Source of the DNA: Dehalococcoidia bacterium
Lineage (GTDB): Bacteria; Chloroflexota; Dehalococcoidia; SZUA-161; SpSt-899
Assembly: GCA_034434815.1 (NCBI GenBank)
Contig: DAOTYO010000005.1
Span: 13,118 to 77,117, forward strand
Direction: 5' to 3'
Length of the DNA: 64,000 bases
Shown: piece after piece, positions 46,563 through 55,098 of the stretch
How the letters are laid out: the number at the start of each line of letters is the position of its first letter
Position numbering within the stretch: the first letter of the stretch is position 1
Notes under the pieces: model-generated
Told to the model about the DNA's origin: nothing
Seen by the model: the letters and a program-made list of their open reading frames with translations, nothing else
Databases searched by the model: none
Translations under genes and position numbers: made by a program

Positions 46563-47387
46563 ATGCCGAACGAGAAAATGATCGCCCACATCCGAGAGGC
46601 CGGGATCGCCCAAGGGCCCAAGAAGCGGGAGGATCGGGAACGGTTGCTCCGGGAATTCGGCTTCCGCACCAAGGACCGGGCCGAGTATGCGCTCATCGCC
46701 AGTTGCTTCAATCCCTACCTCGAGCCCAACGATATGATCGCCTTTCGCCACCTCCTCGACCGCTTCGAGGTGGACTACTCCCTCCTCCCCAAGGAGTACT
46801 GTTGCGGCGACCCGTTCTTCCTTCACGCCATCAATACCGGCTCACCCTCGGAATTGGAGGGGGCAAAGGCACTGGCGGCGGAGTTCTTCGCCGAAAACCT
46901 CCGGCAGGTGCGCCACCTCGGCGCGAGCAAAATCATCCTCTATTGCGCCGGTTGCGATATGGTCTTCGATGCCTTCAAAGCCGATGTTCCCGAGGAGATC
47001 CTGTGGTATCCCACGCTCTTCGCCCGCCTCTTCCGGGGCGGAAAGCTCGATCTCGAGGCCGATTACTATCCCGGATGCCACCGCAACCGCCGGGCGGGCA
47101 GGGCCACACCGCTCGATCTTGAGGCCGTATCCCGGATCCTCGACCGCATCGAAGGGCTCGAACTGAATCCGTTGAGCACGGATCTCTGCTGCATGAAAGC
47201 GGAAGAGCTCCCGACCCTCGCCGCCGGCATCCGATCCCGCACGGTCATCACCCCCTGTTCGGGGTGCTCCATGTTCCTCCGGCAAGCGCTCAAGGAGAAG
47301 AAGGGAAGCCGGGTATTCTTGCTCTCGGAAGTGCTCCTCGCGGCCGTCACCGGCCGGCCGTTGAGAGAGCCTGAGGCGCCGGCTTGA
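46563..47387 (+). CDS. heterodisulfide-reductase subunit B-like (Fe-S)-binding protein with two CCG domains
   Basis: Cys-rich CCG motifs (EYCCGDPFF, ILYCAGCDM, DLCCMKAEE, ITPCSGCSM). Confidence 0.65.
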   Translation: MPNEKMIAHIREAGIAQGPKKREDRERLLREFGFRTKDRAEYALIASCFNPYLEPNDMIAFRHLLDRFEVDYSLLPKEYCCGDPFFLHAINTGSPSELEGAKALAAEFFAENLRQVRHLGASKIILYCAGCDMVFDAFKADVPEEILWYPTLFARLFRGGKLDLEADYYPGCHRNRRAGRATPLDLEAVSRILDRIEGLELNPLSTDLCCMKAEELPTLAAGIRSRTVITPCSGCSMFLRQALKEKKGSRVFLLSEVLLAAVTGRPLREPEAPA

Positions 47388-47426
47388 CCCCGTTCGATGG
47401 GAGATGCCATAATACCAAGCAAGATC

Positions 47427-48803
47427 ATGAAACCGCTTCGCTCGCGCTTGGGAAAGGATACGGACCCCGGGGTCCAGAAGTACACCGAGTCGGTCTCGTT
47501 CGATCGGCGGCTCTACCGGCAAGATATCCAGGGATCCATCGCCCACGCGCGGATGCTGGCCCGTCAGGGGATCATCCCAGAAGCGGAAGCGGAGAAGATC
47601 ATCGCGGGCCTCGAGGCCATTCGAGAAGAAATCGAACGGGGGGAATTCACCTTCGATCCGGCGCTCGAAGATATCCACATGAACATCGAGACCCGCCTCC
47701 GCGAGAAGATCGGCGAGGTTGCCGGAAAGCTCCACACCGCCCGCTCCCGAAACGATCAGGTGGCCACCGATATGCGGCTCTTCGCCAAAGAGGCCGCCAT
47801 TCGGACCGTCACCCTCCTCAAAGGGTTTCAAAAGGCCCTTCTGGACCTTGCCGAGTCGAACAGAGATGCGATTCTGCCGGGATATACCCATACCCAGCAC
47901 GCCCAGCCGATCCTTCTGGCCCATCATCTTCTGGCCTACTTCGAGATGGCCCAGCGGGACATCGAGCGCTTTAAAGACGCGCTCAAACGGACGGATGTCT
48001 TGCCGCTCGGAAGCGGGGCACTGGCCGGAGTGCCTTATCCCATCGATCGGGAGTCCGTCGCCCGAGAGCTCGGGTTTTCCCGGATCAGCGCCAACAGCAT
48101 AGACGCCGTCTCAGACCGCGACTTTTTGATCGAGTTTCACGCCGCCGCAAGCATCGCCATGATGCACCTTTCAAGGCTCGCGGAGGAACTGGTGCTCTGG
48201 TCCACCCCTGAGTTCGGATTCATCGAGATCGAAGATGCTTATGCCACTAGTTCGAGCATCATGCCCCAGAAGAAGAATCCGGACGTGGCGGAGCTGGCCC
48301 GTGGCAAGACGGGCCGGGTGTACGGGAACCTGATCGCCCTCCTCACTACTATGAAAGGCCTCCCGCTCTCCTACAACCGCGATATGCAAGAGGATAAAGA
48401 GGGATTCTTCGATACGGTGGACACCCTCCAATCAACGCTGGAGGTGTGCACCGGCATGCTCCAGACGCTCAGGATCAACGCGGAACGGATGCATCAGGCC
48501 GCCGGCGAGAACTATACGCTGGCCACCGACCTTGCCGATTATTTAGCGAAAAAAGGGGTGCCGTTCCGGGAAGCCCACAAGATCGTGGGGGAGATTGTCC
48601 GCTTTGCCATCGAGAAGGGCAGTGCTTTGCACGAACTGTCCATCGAGGATTATCGGCGCTTCTCCCCCCTCTTCGGCGAAGACGCCCTGAAGAACCTCAC
48701 CGTGGAATCTTCCATTGCCGCGCGGGATGTGCCGGGCGGCACTGCTCCCCGGCAAGTGGAGGAGGCACTCCGCCGCGCGCGAAGGAAACTCGATGAAACA
48801 TAA
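47427..48803 (+). CDS. argH: argininosuccinate lyase
   Basis: Fumarate-lyase signature GSSIMPQKKNPDVAEL; 459 aa. Confidence 0.9.
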   Translation: MKPLRSRLGKDTDPGVQKYTESVSFDRRLYRQDIQGSIAHARMLARQGIIPEAEAEKIIAGLEAIREEIERGEFTFDPALEDIHMNIETRLREKIGEVAGKLHTARSRNDQVATDMRLFAKEAAIRTVTLLKGFQKALLDLAESNRDAILPGYTHTQHAQPILLAHHLLAYFEMAQRDIERFKDALKRTDVLPLGSGALAGVPYPIDRESVARELGFSRISANSIDAVSDRDFLIEFHAAASIAMMHLSRLAEELVLWSTPEFGFIEIEDAYATSSSIMPQKKNPDVAELARGKTGRVYGNLIALLTTMKGLPLSYNRDMQEDKEGFFDTVDTLQSTLEVCTGMLQTLRINAERMHQAAGENYTLATDLADYLAKKGVPFREAHKIVGEIVRFAIEKGSALHELSIEDYRRFSPLFGEDALKNLTVESSIAARDVPGGTAPRQVEEALRRARRKLDET

Positions 48804-49470
48804 GATCAAGATCGCCCCATCCATTCTCTCCGCCGATTTTGCCCGGTTCGGAGACCAAGTTCGAGAAGCCGCCGCTGCCGGAGCGGACTACATTCATGTG
48901 GATGTCATGGACGGGCATTTCGTGCCGCCGATCACCTTCGGGGATGAGCTTGTGCGGGCCATCCGCCCCCACACTTCCCTCCCCCTCGATGTCCACCTCA
49001 TGATCGAGGCGCCGGAAAGGCAGATCGAGAGCTTCGCCCGGGCCGGCGCGAACATCATCACCGTTCATGTGGAGGCTTGTACTCACCTTCACCGCGTGGT
49101 CACCCGAATCAAGGAACTCGGATGCCGGGCCGGCGTATCGCTGAACCCCGCCACCCCCCTCGAGAGCATCTCCGAAATCCTGCCGTTCGTGGATCTCGTG
49201 CTCGCGATGACGGTCAACCCCGGGTATTCGGGGCAACAGTTCATCCCGGAGGTACTCGATAAGATCAGCCGGCTCAGGCGGCTTCTGGACGAGAAGGGTC
49301 CGACGACTGCCGAGCTTGAAGTGGACGGCGGCGTGAATGCGGAAACAGCCCCCCGAGTGGTTCAGGCGGGGGGCACGGTGCTCGTTGCCGGTTCAGCCAT
49401 ATTCAACAAGAAGGAGCCAATCCCTCAGGCAATGAAGCGCCTTCGCGAGAGCATCACCGCCGTTGCCTAG
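48793..49470 (+). CDS. rpe: ribulose-phosphate 3-epimerase
   Basis: IAPSILSADF, HVDVMDGHFVPPITFG, VDGGV motifs; start overlaps the argH stop. Confidence 0.9.
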   Translation: MKHKIKIAPSILSADFARFGDQVREAAAAGADYIHVDVMDGHFVPPITFGDELVRAIRPHTSLPLDVHLMIEAPERQIESFARAGANIITVHVEACTHLHRVVTRIKELGCRAGVSLNPATPLESISEILPFVDLVLAMTVNPGYSGQQFIPEVLDKISRLRRLLDEKGPTTAELEVDGGVNAETAPRVVQAGGTVLVAGSAIFNKKEPIPQAMKRLRESITAVA

Positions 49471-49649
49471 GTGAGGGATTTCATCTCGGTGCGAAGGCAA
49501 CGCGTACAAACGTTGATCGTCTTCCGCTTGCCGCCGATGACAACCTTCTTCTTTTGAATATTGGGATACCACTGCCGGGGGGTGTGCCTCATCGAATGGC
49601 TGACGTTGTGCCCGAACTGTAGGGTTTTGCCGCAAATATCACACTTCAT
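49467..49649 (-). CDS. rpmB: 50S ribosomal protein L28
   Basis: MKCDICGKTLQFGHNVSHSMRHTPRQWYPNIQKKKV matches bacterial L28. Confidence 0.85.
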   Translation of the reverse strand: MKCDICGKTLQFGHNVSHSMRHTPRQWYPNIQKKKVVIGGKRKTINVCTRCLRTEMKSLT

Positions 49650-49660
49650 GAGAATAGCCC

Positions 49661-49695
49661 TTTGACTTTGCAGATTGCTTTACTGTAAAATGCAC
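49661..49695 (+). promoter_or_regulatory. sigma70-like promoter for yloV-degV (TTGACT -35, TGTAAAAT extended -10)
   Basis: TTGACTttgcagattgctttacTGTAAAAT; a 7-bp palindrome TTGCGCGggcCGCGCAA follows at 49713-49729. Confidence 0.5.
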
Positions 49696-49745
49696 AAACT
49701 AGAATACCATACTTGCGCGGGCCGCGCAAATCAGGATGGGCAGGG

Positions 49746-51374
49746 ATGAAAAAAGAAGAGACGCTCTGGACGGGGAAAAACCTCCGCGAGATGTTCCGAA
49801 GCGGCACCCATCTCCTCCAGCGCAACGCCGCCACCGTAAATGCCCTGAACGTCTTCCCCGTGCCCGATGGAGATACCGGAACGAACATGCTCCTCACCAT
49901 GCGATCGGCTCTGGCGGAGGCCAATCTCTGCCCCGATACCGATGCCTCCGCGGTGGCCCGGGCCATGGCGCGCGGGGCGCTCATGGGCGCACGGGGAAAC
50001 AGCGGCGTGATCCTCTCCCAGATCCTGCGGGGACTAGCCCAGGGGCTCGAGGGAAAGAAGACCTTCACCCCTTCCGATATCGCTGAGGCCTTGCGCCAGG
50101 CCTCCATCATGGCCGATCGGGCGGTGAGCCGCCCCGTCGAAGGGACGATCCTCACGGTGATCCGTGAAGCATCCTCTGCCGCTCAAGCGGCAACGAGCGC
50201 CGATACCTCCGGCTTGGAGCCCGTCCTTAAAGCAGTGGTCGAGGAAGCCCGGAGATCCGTGGCGAAGACGCCTCAGCTCCTTCCGGTGCTCAAGGAGGCG
50301 GGTGTAGTGGATGCGGGGGGACAAGGGCTTTGCTTTATCCTCGAGGGACTCCTGTGCTATCTTCAGGGAAAGGATGTGCCCGCTGAAGCAACACCTTCGC
50401 CGGAGATCGAGTCGCCTCCGGCAACCATCGCCCGGATCGAGACGGGAGAGAAATACGGCTACTGTACGGAATTCCTTCTCCGGGGCCGCGATCTCAACTT
50501 GGACGAAATCCGCGGGCATCTCGGGCGGATGGGGGAACATGTGCTGGTAGTGGGAGACCCCGAAACGGCCAAAGTCCACATCCACACCTTCGATCCCGGC
50601 GCCGTTCTCTCGTATGCGGTCTCGCTCGGTACGCTCCACAAGATCAAGATCGACAATATGGAGGAACAGCATCAGGAGTTCATCGCCAACCAGAGTGAAA
50701 GCCCGCCCCGTGTGGAGGGGAACGTCTCCACCGTAGCCGTGGTGACGGGACAGGGGCTCATCGAGGTCTTCCAGAGCCTCGGCACCACCCGGATCGTTCC
50801 CGGGGGAGAAACGATGAATCCCAGTGTGAGAGAATTGCTCGATGCGGTGGAATCGGTGCCTACAGAGGATGTGATCCTTCTTCCCAACAACGCCGATACG
50901 CTCCCCACCGCCCGGCAAGTATGTGACCTCACCAAGAAGAAAGTGGCCGTCGTGCCCAGCAAGACGGTCATGCAAGGCGTGAGCGCTCTGGTGGCCTTCA
51001 ACTTCGAATCCGATCTAGAAACAAACGTCAGAGTCATGACGGAGGCGCTCGGGGGAGTCCGCACGGGCCAAATCGCCACCGCCGTGCGTTCAATGCAGTA
51101 CAAAGATCTGATCGTTCGTGAAGGTCAGATCATCGGATTTGTGGACGGAGAGTTGACAGTGGCCGAAGATACCATCGAAAGCGCTCTTTCGCGGTTGCTC
51201 GAGAAGATGGATATTTCAAACGCCGAAATCCTCACCGCTTACTTCGGGGAGGACATCGACCGGGCGACTGCGGAGGAGACCTTCAAGCCCATCCGCGACC
51301 AATACCCCCACTTGGAAGTGGAAGTGATCTTCGGAGGCCAACCCCATTACCATTACTTGATCTCGGTCGAGTGA
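49746..51374 (+). CDS. DAK2 domain fusion protein YloV
   Basis: DhaL-like N-terminal domain (DGDTGTNM) plus C-terminal YloV-type domain; divergent from rpmB as in many Gram-positive genomes. Confidence 0.85.
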   Translation: MKKEETLWTGKNLREMFRSGTHLLQRNAATVNALNVFPVPDGDTGTNMLLTMRSALAEANLCPDTDASAVARAMARGALMGARGNSGVILSQILRGLAQGLEGKKTFTPSDIAEALRQASIMADRAVSRPVEGTILTVIREASSAAQAATSADTSGLEPVLKAVVEEARRSVAKTPQLLPVLKEAGVVDAGGQGLCFILEGLLCYLQGKDVPAEATPSPEIESPPATIARIETGEKYGYCTEFLLRGRDLNLDEIRGHLGRMGEHVLVVGDPETAKVHIHTFDPGAVLSYAVSLGTLHKIKIDNMEEQHQEFIANQSESPPRVEGNVSTVAVVTGQGLIEVFQSLGTTRIVPGGETMNPSVRELLDAVESVPTEDVILLPNNADTLPTARQVCDLTKKKVAVVPSKTVMQGVSALVAFNFESDLETNVRVMTEALGGVRTGQIATAVRSMQYKDLIVREGQIIGFVDGELTVAEDTIESALSRLLEKMDISNAEILTAYFGEDIDRATAEETFKPIRDQYPHLEVEVIFGGQPHYHYLISVE

Positions 51375-51386
51375 GGGAGCCCTCTC

Positions 51387-52226
51387 ATGACCATCCGGGT
51401 AGTGACCGATAGCACCGCCGATCTCCCTCCGGCGCTGGTGCGAGATCTCGGGATCACGGTCGTCCCGCTCACCGTCAATTTCGGCACCGCAAGCTTCCGC
51501 GATGGAATCGACATCAGTGCCGAGGAGTTTTACGAAAGACTGCCCCAAGCCGACCCCCTCCCCACCACCTCCCAACCCACTCCGGCGGACTTCCTCCACG
51601 TGTACCAAACCCTCAGCAACCGAGCCGACGGCATCCTCTCGATCCACATCTCGCAGAAACTGAGCGGCACCTACAACTCGGCGGTTCTAGCCCGCGAGTC
51701 CATGGGGAACTCCCCCTCCCCCATCGAAATCGTGGACTCGCTTCAGGCATCGGGTGGTCTGGGACTGATCGTAGCCAAAGCGGCAGCCGCCGCCGGGGCC
51801 GGGGCCGATCTCAAGGAGGCGTGCGCGCTCACCCACGACCTCATCGGCCGGACACACTTCTTCGGCACGGTGGATACGCTGCGCTATCTCTATAAAGGGG
51901 GCCGGATCGGCCGGGCACAGGCGCTCATGGGAACACTTCTGGCCATCAAACCGATCATCGGCATGAAGGATGGTGAGGTTCATCCCTTCGGAAAAGCCCG
52001 AACGCGGAAGAAGGTGATCGCTCAACTCATCGAGATGGCAAGAGAACTCACCCCGATCGAGGAAACGGTCGTCCTCCACAGCACCACCCCCGACGAAGCC
52101 GAAGAGATCATGAAAGAACTCGCCGCGATTACCGGAAGGGCTTGCCTTTACGGGTCGCGGATCGGGCCGGTCATCGGCACGTACCTCGGCCCCGGCACCA
52201 TCGCCATCGCGGTGCTCAAGAAATAG
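51387..52226 (+). CDS. DegV family fatty-acid-binding protein
   Basis: VTDSTADLP start, 279 aa, DegV fold composition. Confidence 0.85.
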   Translation: MTIRVVTDSTADLPPALVRDLGITVVPLTVNFGTASFRDGIDISAEEFYERLPQADPLPTTSQPTPADFLHVYQTLSNRADGILSIHISQKLSGTYNSAVLARESMGNSPSPIEIVDSLQASGGLGLIVAKAAAAAGAGADLKEACALTHDLIGRTHFFGTVDTLRYLYKGGRIGRAQALMGTLLAIKPIIGMKDGEVHPFGKARTRKKVIAQLIEMARELTPIEETVVLHSTTPDEAEEIMKELAAITGRACLYGSRIGPVIGTYLGPGTIAIAVLKK

Positions 52227-52244
52227 GCGGGGATCGGCCCGCTC

Positions 52245-52424
52245 TTACTTGGGTTGATAGTAGCAATTCTTGGGCGAGATGATCTTCCCCTCTTTCTTGA
52301 GCTGGGTGATGAGCTTGCTTACCTCCGCCTTGTCCAATCCGGCAAGCTCCGCGATCTCCCCCGGCCGAAGCGGCTTTCCCGCCTTCTTCATCGCTTCCAA
52401 AACGACTTGCTTGCCATCGCCCAT
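52245..52424 (-). CDS. small winged-helix DNA-binding protein (59 aa)
   Basis: Not in the ORF track (<60 aa). MGDGKQVVLEAMKKAGKPLRPGEIAELAGLDKAEVSKLITQLKKEGKIISPKNCYYQPK; GGAG RBS 8 nt upstream; last gene of the FDP operon. Confidence 0.45.
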   Translation of the reverse strand: MGDGKQVVLEAMKKAGKPLRPGEIAELAGLDKAEVSKLITQLKKEGKIISPKNCYYQPK

Positions 52425-52475
52425 GGTGGATCTCCTTGAAGTGCCCGTTGACCCCGGTGCTGACCGCCGCTCCCA

Positions 52476-52556
52476 CTATCCGGCCCCAATCACCACTCCG
52501 ACGATCAGCCCCGCAATCGCACCGAATATGGCCCCTCTCCAGGGACTCTTTGTCAT
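52476..52556 (-). CDS. micro-ORF 2: 26-aa glycine-zipper transmembrane peptide
   Basis: MTKSPWRGAIFGAIAGLIVGVVIGAG; tandem to micro-ORF 1 and similar to it. Confidence 0.35.
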   Translation of the reverse strand: MTKSPWRGAIFGAIAGLIVGVVIGAG

Positions 52557-52559
52557 CCC

Positions 52560-52649
52560 TCAACCGCCGCCGGTGCAGACATTCAGATATCCGATGACGC
52601 CGCCGATGGCGGCCCCTGCCGCAACCCCGATGACCCCGCCGATCAGCAT
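52560..52649 (-). CDS. micro-ORF 1: 29-aa glycine-zipper transmembrane peptide
   Basis: MLIGGVIGVAAGAAIGGVIGYLNVCTGGG; strong GGTGGAGG RBS 7 nt upstream. Confidence 0.4.
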   Translation of the reverse strand: MLIGGVIGVAAGAAIGGVIGYLNVCTGGG

Positions 52650-52651
52650 GG

Positions 52652-52861
52652 CTAGGATTCCTCCACCTCTTCCTCTTCGAGGATCATGTCGGCTTCGTTC
52701 CCGCAGACCTTGCAAACCATCACTTTCTTCTTCTGCTTCGGCGGCTGCCCGTGTTCGGCAAGGCTGCTCGCTTCCTCGGTGATGACGATATCCGCCTCAT
52801 TGCCGCAGCGATCGCAAACGAACGTGTGGCGATGTTCCTTCTTCATGCACTTGCTCCTCAT
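52652..52861 (-). CDS. small zinc-ribbon / rubredoxin-like protein with an internal duplicated CxxCGNEAD motif
   Basis: 69 aa; two CxxC knuckles (CDRCGNEADIVITEE and CKVCGNEADMILEEE) about 29 residues apart, as in rubredoxin; ATGA overlap with the FDP stop. Confidence 0.5.
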   Translation of the reverse strand: MRSKCMKKEHRHTFVCDRCGNEADIVITEEASSLAEHGQPPKQKKKVMVCKVCGNEADMILEEEEVEES

Positions 52862-54039
52862 CCTTTGATCTTATCGGCGATACGCCGTCCGAAAGCCGCA
52901 CATTCGGCAAGCTCCGATTCCGTGGGGACCCACTTGAAAGCAAGTTCCGGCTCCACGATTTCGATGCCCGTCTGTTGGAGTTCCTGCGCAATGGCCTTCG
53001 CGGCGCCGCCGTTCCATCCGTAAGACCCGAAGGCCGCCCCGATCTTCCCCTTGGGTTTCAGCCCCTTCATGTAGCAAAGGAATTCCGCCACCGAAGGGAA
53101 CATGCCGTTATTGAGGGTGGGCGAGCCCACGATCACCGCCGCGGCATCGAGCACGTGAGTCATGATATCGCTCTTATCGGAGGCGGTGAGATTGTACAGT
53201 TTGACCTCGACCCCCTTGCTGAAGAGCCCGTCGGCGATGGCAGAGGCCATCTTGGCGGTGCTGTGCCACATCGTATCGAATACGATCACCGCCTTCTTTC
53301 TCGTCTTCCCCGCACTCCATTCGCTATAGGCGGAGATGATCTTGCCCGGATCGGCCCGCCAAATCACTCCATGATCGGGGGCGATGATCTTGATGGAAAG
53401 CCCGCCGAGCTTCTTGAGTGCCCCGGGGATCAAGTGAGCAAACGGCATCAAAATGTTGGCGTAATACTTGGCCGCTTCTTGCATCACCACGGCGGGGTCC
53501 ACCTCGTCATCGAACCGCTCGGAAGTAGCGAGGTGCTGCCCGAAGGCATCGCTCGAAAACAGCAACTCATCATGCGGGGAATAGGTGACCATCGAATCCG
53601 GCCAGTGAAGCATCGGCGTGGGCACGAAAACCAGCTTGCGCTTGCCGATATCCAGCGAGCTCCCCTCCTTGACCGTGAGCATGGGCCGATCGAATCCGAA
53701 GTGTTTGCGGAGGCCGGCCTCGCCGAACTTCTCCGAAGTTACGAGCTCGGCCCGGGGAGCGGCCTTGAGCATCATGGGAAGCGATCCCGAATGATCCATC
53801 TCCACGTGATTGGAAATGATGTAATCAATCTTCTCCGGATCCACGATCTCCTTGATCCGGCCGAGCATTTCGTAAAAGAAGGGGTGTTTGACCGTGTCCA
53901 CAAGGACAACCTTTTCATCCATGATGAGAAAGGCGTTATAGGTCGTCCCCCGATGGGTGGAATAGCCGTGGAAATTCCGGATGTTCCAATCTATGGCCCC
54001 GACCCAGTGGACGCCCGGGGCGATTTCTACTGTACTCAA
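52858..54039 (-). CDS. flavodiiron protein (rubredoxin:oxygen/NO oxidoreductase; metallo-beta-lactamase + flavodoxin domains)
   Basis: 393 aa; di-iron ligands H-x-E-x-D-H (NHVEMDHSG), flavodoxin-like C-terminal half. Confidence 0.85.
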   Translation of the reverse strand: MSTVEIAPGVHWVGAIDWNIRNFHGYSTHRGTTYNAFLIMDEKVVLVDTVKHPFFYEMLGRIKEIVDPEKIDYIISNHVEMDHSGSLPMMLKAAPRAELVTSEKFGEAGLRKHFGFDRPMLTVKEGSSLDIGKRKLVFVPTPMLHWPDSMVTYSPHDELLFSSDAFGQHLATSERFDDEVDPAVVMQEAAKYYANILMPFAHLIPGALKKLGGLSIKIIAPDHGVIWRADPGKIISAYSEWSAGKTRKKAVIVFDTMWHSTAKMASAIADGLFSKGVEVKLYNLTASDKSDIMTHVLDAAAVIVGSPTLNNGMFPSVAEFLCYMKGLKPKGKIGAAFGSYGWNGGAAKAIAQELQQTGIEIVEPELAFKWVPTESELAECAAFGRRIADKIKG

Positions 54040-54081
54040 ATCTCCTCCTTCGGCCTGACGTGTTGCCCGGTAATACGGCTC

Positions 54082-54585
54082 CTAATCGATCTTCTTGAAA
54101 GCCTTTTTCGGGGCCCCGCAGATGGGGCATTTATCGGGCGGTTCTCCCTCGACGGTGTTGCCGCAAAACGGGCACACATAGATATCCACAGCGGGAATGC
54201 TCTGGCCTTTTTCGAGTTTGCTCAGGTACTCGGTGAACAAGCGATGATGGATCTGTTCCACCTTGTTGGCCATATCGAAGCTCTCCACGGCCTTCTTGGC
54301 GCCCTCGGCGCCGGCATCCTTGATGAACTGGGGATACATCTGTGTGAACTCATGGTGCTCGCCGCTGACGGCGGCCCCGAGGTTCTCGCGGGTTGTTTTG
54401 ATCCCCCCGATGACCTTCAGATGATTGCGGGCGTGCACCGTTTCGGCCTCCGCCGCCGCGCGAAAGAGCCGGGCGATCTGCTTCAAGCCTTCTTTCTCCG
54501 CTTGTTCTGCGAAGAAAAGGTACTTCCGATTGGCCTGACTTTCGCCGGCGAAGGCTGACTGAAGATTATCGTTTGTACGGGTCAT
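54082..54585 (-). CDS. rbr: rubrerythrin
   Basis: Ferritin-like ExxH motifs (EAETVHARNH, EHHEF) plus C-terminal rubredoxin-like CPFCG...CPICG. Confidence 0.9.
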   Translation of the reverse strand: MTRTNDNLQSAFAGESQANRKYLFFAEQAEKEGLKQIARLFRAAAEAETVHARNHLKVIGGIKTTRENLGAAVSGEHHEFTQMYPQFIKDAGAEGAKKAVESFDMANKVEQIHHRLFTEYLSKLEKGQSIPAVDIYVCPFCGNTVEGEPPDKCPICGAPKKAFKKID

Positions 54586-55013
54586 CTTTCACCTCCCAAG
54601 ATCTCCTTCGTTTGTTCGGCAACCGTATCCGTCTCTGTACATCTTACCACATACCTTGAATGGAACCGCACCGCCTCGGCAACCAGTGCCTTGATTTCCT
54701 CCCCCCTGATACTCTCCACATCCCGAATCCGGATATACCGGTAATTCTCATCCGTTCCCGCAAGAAGGCCCGTTACATCCCTGAGGCAAGCCCCTTCAAA
54801 GAAGCCCAAGCTGACATATCCGGGGAAGGTATCAATGCAACAAATCCCGCCCCCTTTCGAATAGACGGGACGCCCCCACCGCATCCCTTCTTCGATCTCC
54901 GGCTCCGCCTCGAAAATCAGGCTCCGGAGGCGCTCCACGATCACCCGGCGGCTTGGATCAAGTCTGGCCAGAAACATCCCCACCCCTTGGCCCGTGACCT
55001 TTTCGTTCTTCAT
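54582..55013 (-). CDS. DUF1801 (YdhG-like) domain protein
   Basis: 143 aa from the Met preceded by GGGGGGG; family assignment by overall similarity. Confidence 0.6.
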   Translation of the reverse strand: MKNEKVTGQGVGMFLARLDPSRRVIVERLRSLIFEAEPEIEEGMRWGRPVYSKGGGICCIDTFPGYVSLGFFEGACLRDVTGLLAGTDENYRYIRIRDVESIRGEEIKALVAEAVRFHSRYVVRCTETDTVAEQTKEILGGER

Positions 55014-55098
55014 AACGGCACCCCCCCATCGAGTTGAAAGACGCCGAATTCGATCGCGCAAGGGTCACAAGACCGCATCCCAGCGGGATATGTCCTCC

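Noticed and set aside
52216-52563. 115-aa minus-strand track ORF overlapping the micro-ORF region
   Set aside because: It lies in a different frame, lacks a ribosome-binding site, and has featureless composition. The two small glycine-zipper ORFs and the wHTH ORF each have an RBS and fit operon spacing, but this call stays low confidence.
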